Shown here: in pieces, positions 32,616 to 36,643 of the stretch | How the letters are laid out: each line of letters opens with the position of its first letter | How positions within the stretch are numbered: the stretch's first letter is position 1 | NCBI GenBank assembly: GCA_947074165.1 | Contig: CAMTOT010000001.1 | Span: forward strand, 1-36,643 | Source of the DNA: an uncultured Bacteroidales bacterium | Lineage (GTDB): Bacteria; Bacteroidota; Bacteroidia; Bacteroidales; JAUNSR01 | Reading direction: 5' to 3' | Length of the DNA stretch: 36,643 bases | Made by a program: the position numbers and the translations under genes | The notes under the pieces: generated by a model | Databases searched by the model: none | Told to the model about the DNA's origin: nothing | The model's input: the letters and a program-made list of their open reading frames with translations, nothing else

Positions 32616-33791
32616 ATGTTAGAATCACTGGCTTATATCCTGCTGTTCGGTATAATATCCGGATATATTTTTTACAGAATGAAGCTTCCGTCACTGCTTG
32701 GCATGCTTATCACCGGCATACTGTTAGGGCCGTATATGTTTAATCTTATAGATAAACCTATCCTGGATATTTCAGGAGATATAAGAAAAATAGCGCTTGT
32801 AGTGATACTGACCAGAGCCGGTCTGGCAATGAATATCCAACAGCTGAAGGCTGTCGGTCGTCCGGCGCTGTTGATGAGCTTCCTGCCCGCCTGTTTTGAG
32901 ATAACAGGTATAGCTATATTTGCTCCTTTACTTTTTGGAATCAGCCTCACCGAGGCAATATTGCTCGGCACAGTGGTCGCAGCCGTATCACCGGCGGTAG
33001 TTGTGCCAAAGATGCTAAACATGATAAACAGCGGTCTGGGAGTAAAGAAAGGGATACCTCAGATGATAATGGCAGCCGGAAGTATTGATGATATATTTGT
33101 GATAGTACTATTTTCAATCTTCGCGTCTATTGTAGCGGGTGCTGAGGTTTCTTATTCATCATTGTTTCTATTGCCTGTAGCTATAATAACCGGACTGTTG
33201 GCGGGTATTGTTATAGGATATCTGCTTTCTATATACTTTAAAAAGTTTCATTTAAGAGACTCCGTAAAAGTTATAATTATACTTAGTATATCATTCTTAC
33301 TGGTAGCGCTTGAAGGAAAACTTGAAGGCATATTCCCGTTTTCGGGATTATTGGCAGTAATGTCATTGAGCGCGGCTATACTATTTAAATACCCGACACT
33401 TGCCGCAAGACTTTCGGTCAAGTTCTCTAAGTTGTGGATAGCGGCTGAAATACTTTTATTTGTGCTTGTTGGAGCTTGTGTAAACATACATTTCCTGAAA
33501 AGCGCGGGACTTCTGACTATAGCCCTTCTTGGCATATCATTACTTTTCAGGTTTACCGGAGTATCCGCGAGCCTTGTTAAAACTCATCTGAACATGAAGG
33601 AGAGAGTGTTCTGTATGATTGCTTACTCACCCAAGGCAACGGTACAGGCTGCTATAGGTTCCATACCGCTTGCTATGGGCTTACCATGCGGCGAACTAAT
33701 ACTTACAGTCGCTGTTTTGTCAATAATAATAACGGCTCCGTTGGGAGCTTTCGGAATAGAGCGTACTCAACGACGGCTTGTCGAAGCATAA
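32616..33791 (+). CDS. Cation:proton antiporter (Na+/H+ exchanger family)
   Basis: A polytopic 391-aa membrane protein. GMLITGILLGP near the N-terminus and the overall glycine-rich helix pattern are typical of CPA-type exchangers. Confidence 0.75.
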   Translation: MLESLAYILLFGIISGYIFYRMKLPSLLGMLITGILLGPYMFNLIDKPILDISGDIRKIALVVILTRAGLAMNIQQLKAVGRPALLMSFLPACFEITGIAIFAPLLFGISLTEAILLGTVVAAVSPAVVVPKMLNMINSGLGVKKGIPQMIMAAGSIDDIFVIVLFSIFASIVAGAEVSYSSLFLLPVAIITGLLAGIVIGYLLSIYFKKFHLRDSVKVIIILSISFLLVALEGKLEGIFPFSGLLAVMSLSAAILFKYPTLAARLSVKFSKLWIAAEILLFVLVGACVNIHFLKSAGLLTIALLGISLLFRFTGVSASLVKTHLNMKERVFCMIAYSPKATVQAAIGSIPLAMGLPCGELILTVAVLSIIITAPLGAFGIERTQRRLVEA

Positions 33792-33835
33792 AAAAAGGAG
33801 ATTGCGGAATTATAAACCGCGATCTCCTTTTTTTG
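33792..33835. terminator. Bidirectional rho-independent terminator (antiporter / upp convergent)
   Basis: Stem aaggagattgcgg (33795-33807) / ccgcgatctcctt (33817-33829) has one G-U pair. A-run and T-run flank it. Confidence 0.8.
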
Positions 33836-33857
33836 ATATCTTATGAAGTAAGAAAAA

Positions 33858-34511
33858 TTACTCTTTTTCGCCGTAGCATAAATCACCTGCGTCACCAAGT
33901 CCCGGCACGATGTAAGCGTGGTCGTTAAGTTCAGGATCAATCGCTGCCGCCCATATTGTAGTTTTCTCTTCAGGGAAATTTGCTTTAATAAAATCTATAG
34001 CCTGCTGACTTGCTATAACAGTAGCCACATGTATGTGAGACGGTGTACCTTTAGTAAGAAGAGCCTGATAAGACAGCTCCATAGATCCACCCGTAGCAAG
34101 CATAGGATCTGCGATAATCAATACTTTACCATCAATAGACGGTGAAGCGATATATTCGATATGTATATTGAAATTATGCTCATCTTCATATTTTCTGTAA
34201 GCGGAAACGAAAGCATTTTCAGAACGGTCGAACACGTTAAGAAAACCCTGGTGGAAAGGAAGACCGGCTCTAAGGATAGTGCTTATTACAAGTTGTTCGT
34301 CGGGCACATTCACATTAGCGATACCAAGCGGAGTAGTAACTTTTCTAACTGAATACTCCAGTTCTTTGCTCAATTCATAAGCCATAATCTCTCCGACGCG
34401 TTCAATATTTCTTCTGAAACGAAGCGGGTCTTTTTGAATTTCAGTGTCTCTTAGCTCAGCGATAAAGCGATTCAAAACAGAATTGCTTTTCGAAAAATCT
34501 ATAATTTTCAT
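33858..34511 (-). CDS. upp: Uracil phosphoribosyltransferase
   Basis: TILRAGLPF, the PRPP loop IIADPMLATGGS, and the C-terminal YIVPGLGDAGD are present. Confidence 0.9.
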   Translation of the reverse strand: MKIIDFSKSNSVLNRFIAELRDTEIQKDPLRFRRNIERVGEIMAYELSKELEYSVRKVTTPLGIANVNVPDEQLVISTILRAGLPFHQGFLNVFDRSENAFVSAYRKYEDEHNFNIHIEYIASPSIDGKVLIIADPMLATGGSMELSYQALLTKGTPSHIHVATVIASQQAIDFIKANFPEEKTTIWAAAIDPELNDHAYIVPGLGDAGDLCYGEKE

Positions 34512-34528
34512 TTATTTGAATTTTTCGT

Positions 34529-34536
34529 CAAAGTTA
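34529..34536 (-). promoter_or_regulatory. Candidate -7 box on the minus strand (TAACTTTG) for upp
   Basis: The + strand caaagtta is the reverse complement of TAACTTTG. It lies 18 nt upstream of the upp start at 34511. Confidence 0.35.
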
Positions 34537-34653
34537 CACATAAGTAACAAATTCAAAAGGGTGATTAACATCTTTATAATCAAAGAAAATTTAAAAAAGT
34601 AATTAATTGTGGAAATTTTTCCGTAATTACATTTGAACTTTCATTATTTGTAT

Positions 34654-34661
34654 TATTTTTG
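34654..34661 (+). promoter_or_regulatory. Candidate -7 box (TATTTTTG) for pckA
   Basis: Matches TAnnTTTG, but lies 143 nt upstream of the pckA ATG. This would imply a long leader, so confidence is low. Confidence 0.25.
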
Positions 34662-34803
34662 TATCCGGAAAATGCGAGGTGTTATTTAAGTTAATTTATT
34701 TCAATGTTCTTATTGAATGCTAATATTTAAACATAAACATTCGAATTCTCCTTAAAGTTTAGAGAACAATTTACATTTTTATAAAAAATCAATTTTTACA
34801 ACT

Positions 34804-36423
34804 ATGGCATTAGATTTAACTAAGTACGGAATTGAAGGTGCAGTTGAGATTATTCACAACCCTTCTTATGATGTTCTTTTTGCTGAAGAAACAGCTCCAA
34901 ATCTTGAAGGTTTCGAAAGAGGACAGGTAACTGAAATGGGCGCTGTTAATGTTATGACAGGTGTTTATACAGGTCGTTCTCCTAAAGATAAATTCTTCGT
35001 TATGGATGACACTACAAAAGATACTATCTGGTGGACATCTGAAGAGTATAAAAATGACAACAAACCTCTATCTGAGCAGACTTGGGGTATCCTAAAAAAT
35101 ATCGCAACAAAAGAACTTTCTAACAAGAAACTTTATGTTGTTGACGCATTCTGCGGTGCAAACGAAAACACTCGTTTGAAAATCCGTTTCATCATGGAAG
35201 TAGCTTGGCAGGCACACTTCGTAACAAACATGTTCATCCGTCCTACAGCTGAAGAGCTTGCTAACTTCGGAGAGCCTGATTTCGTTGTTATGAATGCTTC
35301 TAAAGCTAAAGCTCCTGAAAACTACAAAGAGCTTGGTCTTAACTCTGAAACAGCGGTTGTATTCAACCTAACTGAAAAAGTACAGATCATCCTTAACACT
35401 TGGTACGGTGGTGAAATGAAAAAAGGTATGTTCTCTTATATGAACTATCTTCTTCCATTGAAAGGCATGGCTTCTATGCACTGTTCAGCTAACACTAACC
35501 ACGACCACACAGATACAGCTATCTTCTTTGGTCTTTCTGGTACAGGTAAAACTACTCTTTCTACAGACCCTAAACGCGAACTTATCGGTGACGATGAGCA
35601 CGGTTGGGATGACGAAGGTGTATTCAACTACGAAGGCGGTTGCTACGCAAAAGCTATCAACCTATGCAAAGAAAACGAGCCGGATATCTGGAATGCAATC
35701 AAACGTGACGCTCTTCTTGAGAACGTAACTGTTGCTGCTGACGGTAAAATCGACTTCACTGATGGTTCAAAAACTGAGAACACTCGTGTTTCTTACCCAA
35801 TCTACCACATTGAAAACATCGTTAAACCAGTTTCTAAAGCAGGTCCTGCGAAAAAAGTTATCTTCCTTTCTGCAGACGCATTCGGTGTTCTTCCTCCGGT
35901 ATCTATCCTTTCTCCTGAGCAGGCTCAGTACTACTTCCTTTCTGGTTTCACAGCTAAACTTGCTGGAACAGAGCGTGGTATCACTGAACCAACTCCAACT
36001 TTCTCTGCATGTTTCGGTGCTGCTTTCCTTTCTCTACACCCAACTAAATACGGTGAAGAGCTAGTTAAGAAAATGAAAGCTTCTGGTGCTACTGCATATC
36101 TTGTAAACACAGGATGGAATGGTACAGGAAAACGTATCTCTATCAAAGATACTCGTGGTATCATTGACGCGGTACTTTCTGGTGCTATCGATACTGCTCC
36201 AACAAAAACTATCCCAATGTTCAACTTCGTTGTTCCAACAGAACTTCCTGGTGTTGATCCTGCTATCCTTGACCCTCGCGACACTTACGCTGACGCTTCT
36301 GAGTGGGAAACTAAAGCAAAAGATCTTGCAGGTCGTTTCATCAAAAACTTCGAGAAATTTACAGGTAACGAAACTGGTAAATCTCTTGTTGCTGCTGGTC
36401 CGAAATTGTGCTGCGGTTGCTAA
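34804..36423 (+). CDS. pckA: Phosphoenolpyruvate carboxykinase (ATP)
   Basis: The kinase-1a P-loop is [25 protein letters not shown] and NTGWNG are also present. Codon usage is strongly biased, as expected for a highly expressed gene. Confidence 0.95.
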   Translation: MALDLTKYGIEGAVEIIHNPSYDVLFAEETAPNLEGFERGQVTEMGAVNVMTGVYTGRSPKDKFFVMDDTTKDTIWWTSEEYKNDNKPLSEQTWGILKNIATKELSNKKLYVVDAFCGANENTRLKIRFIMEVAWQAHFVTNMFIRPTAEELANFGEPDFVVMNASKAKAPENYKELGLNSETAVVFNLTEKVQIILNTWYGGEMKKGMFSYMNYLLPLKGMASMHCSANTNHDHTDTAIFFGLSGTGKTTLSTDPKRELIGDDEHGWDDEGVFNYEGGCYAKAINLCKENEPDIWNAIKRDALLENVTVAADGKIDFTDGSKTENTRVSYPIYHIENIVKPVSKAGPAKKVIFLSADAFGVLPPVSILSPEQAQYYFLSGFTAKLAGTERGITEPTPTFSACFGAAFLSLHPTKYGEELVKKMKASGATAYLVNTGWNGTGKRISIKDTRGIIDAVLSGAIDTAPTKTIPMFNFVVPTELPGVDPAILDPRDTYADASEWETKAKDLAGRFIKNFEKFTGNETGKSLVAAGPKLCCGC

Positions 36424-36455
36424 TTATTTGAATAAAATAAGATTAGTATATATAA

Positions 36456-36486
36456 GGGGAACCCATTTGGGTTCCCTTTTTTATTT
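36456..36486 (+). terminator. Rho-independent terminator after pckA
   Basis: gggaacc (36457-36463) / ggttccc (36470-36476) form a stem, followed by tttttta. Confidence 0.8.
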
Positions 36487-36643
36487 TTAACCGTTTGCGT
36501 GTGGTATATTCCTGTTTACCCGTCATTGTTTCCATTCCGGCAGGCTCTCTTATAATGAGATTATAATAATGATATTTTTGTGTATCAGTGAAATAAAATT
36601 ATGGATAAAATAAAAGCGTAACTTTGTGATTATCTCTATTTGG

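Noticed and set aside
35732-36490. Several 110-123-aa alternative-frame and antisense ORFs within pckA (35732-36064, 35931-36284, 36119-36490)
   Set aside because: They are artefacts of the very biased codon usage of pckA, which depletes stop codons in other frames. The translations are Leu/Ser/Thr-rich repeats without motifs.

Overview
This is a 36.6-kb chromosomal segment that looks like Bacteroidota, probably Bacteroidales. It is AT-rich, shows little Shine-Dalgarno usage, and has TAnnTTTG -7 boxes 18-46 nt upstream of many start codons. It also carries the acpP-fabF-rnc arrangement and GH3-family and DUF4254-like genes.

Gene content, left to right:
- A partial tRNA-Asn and a PfkB-family kinase.
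- A strand-switching glycan-assembly locus in two blocks (1258-8617 and 11656-15672). It holds ten predicted transferases: GT-A/GT2 types, GT11 fucosyltransferase, GT14 branching-enzyme-like, TagF-like glycerophosphotransferase, GT4 and GT9. One is a GT2 fused to a Kdo/WaaP-type LPS kinase domain, and a DUF4254-like gene sits beside the GT9 gene.
- Two exported peptidases (S41 and C1) that separate the two glycan blocks.
- Housekeeping genes: pdxB, purN, acpP, fabF, rnc, pfkA, a GH3-family adenylating enzyme, a Zn-ribbon NUDIX hydrolase, a 1012-aa TPR protein coupled to a 591-aa predicted outer-membrane beta-barrel, topA, an acyltransferase-3 membrane protein, a cation/proton antiporter, upp and pckA.

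I found no transposase, integrase, CRISPR array, toxin-antitoxin pair or recognisable defence gene, so there is no clear-cut novel multi-gene system of that kind.

The features least explained by ordinary annotation are:
1. A 110-bp element at 23246-23355. It has four 16-bp TGCCA-N6-TGGCA quasi-palindromes phased at exactly 22 bp inside a 32-nt inverted repeat, just upstream of the NUDIX gene.
2. The GT2-LPS-kinase fusion.
3. The DUF4254-like/GT9 pair.
4. The translationally coupled TPR/beta-barrel envelope pair.
5. The polymerase- and flippase-less lipooligosaccharide-like transferase locus, which has eukaryote-like GT11/GT14 genes and two pairs of convergent genes with overlapping stop codons.

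All family assignments come from motif recognition by eye and need HMM or BLAST confirmation.
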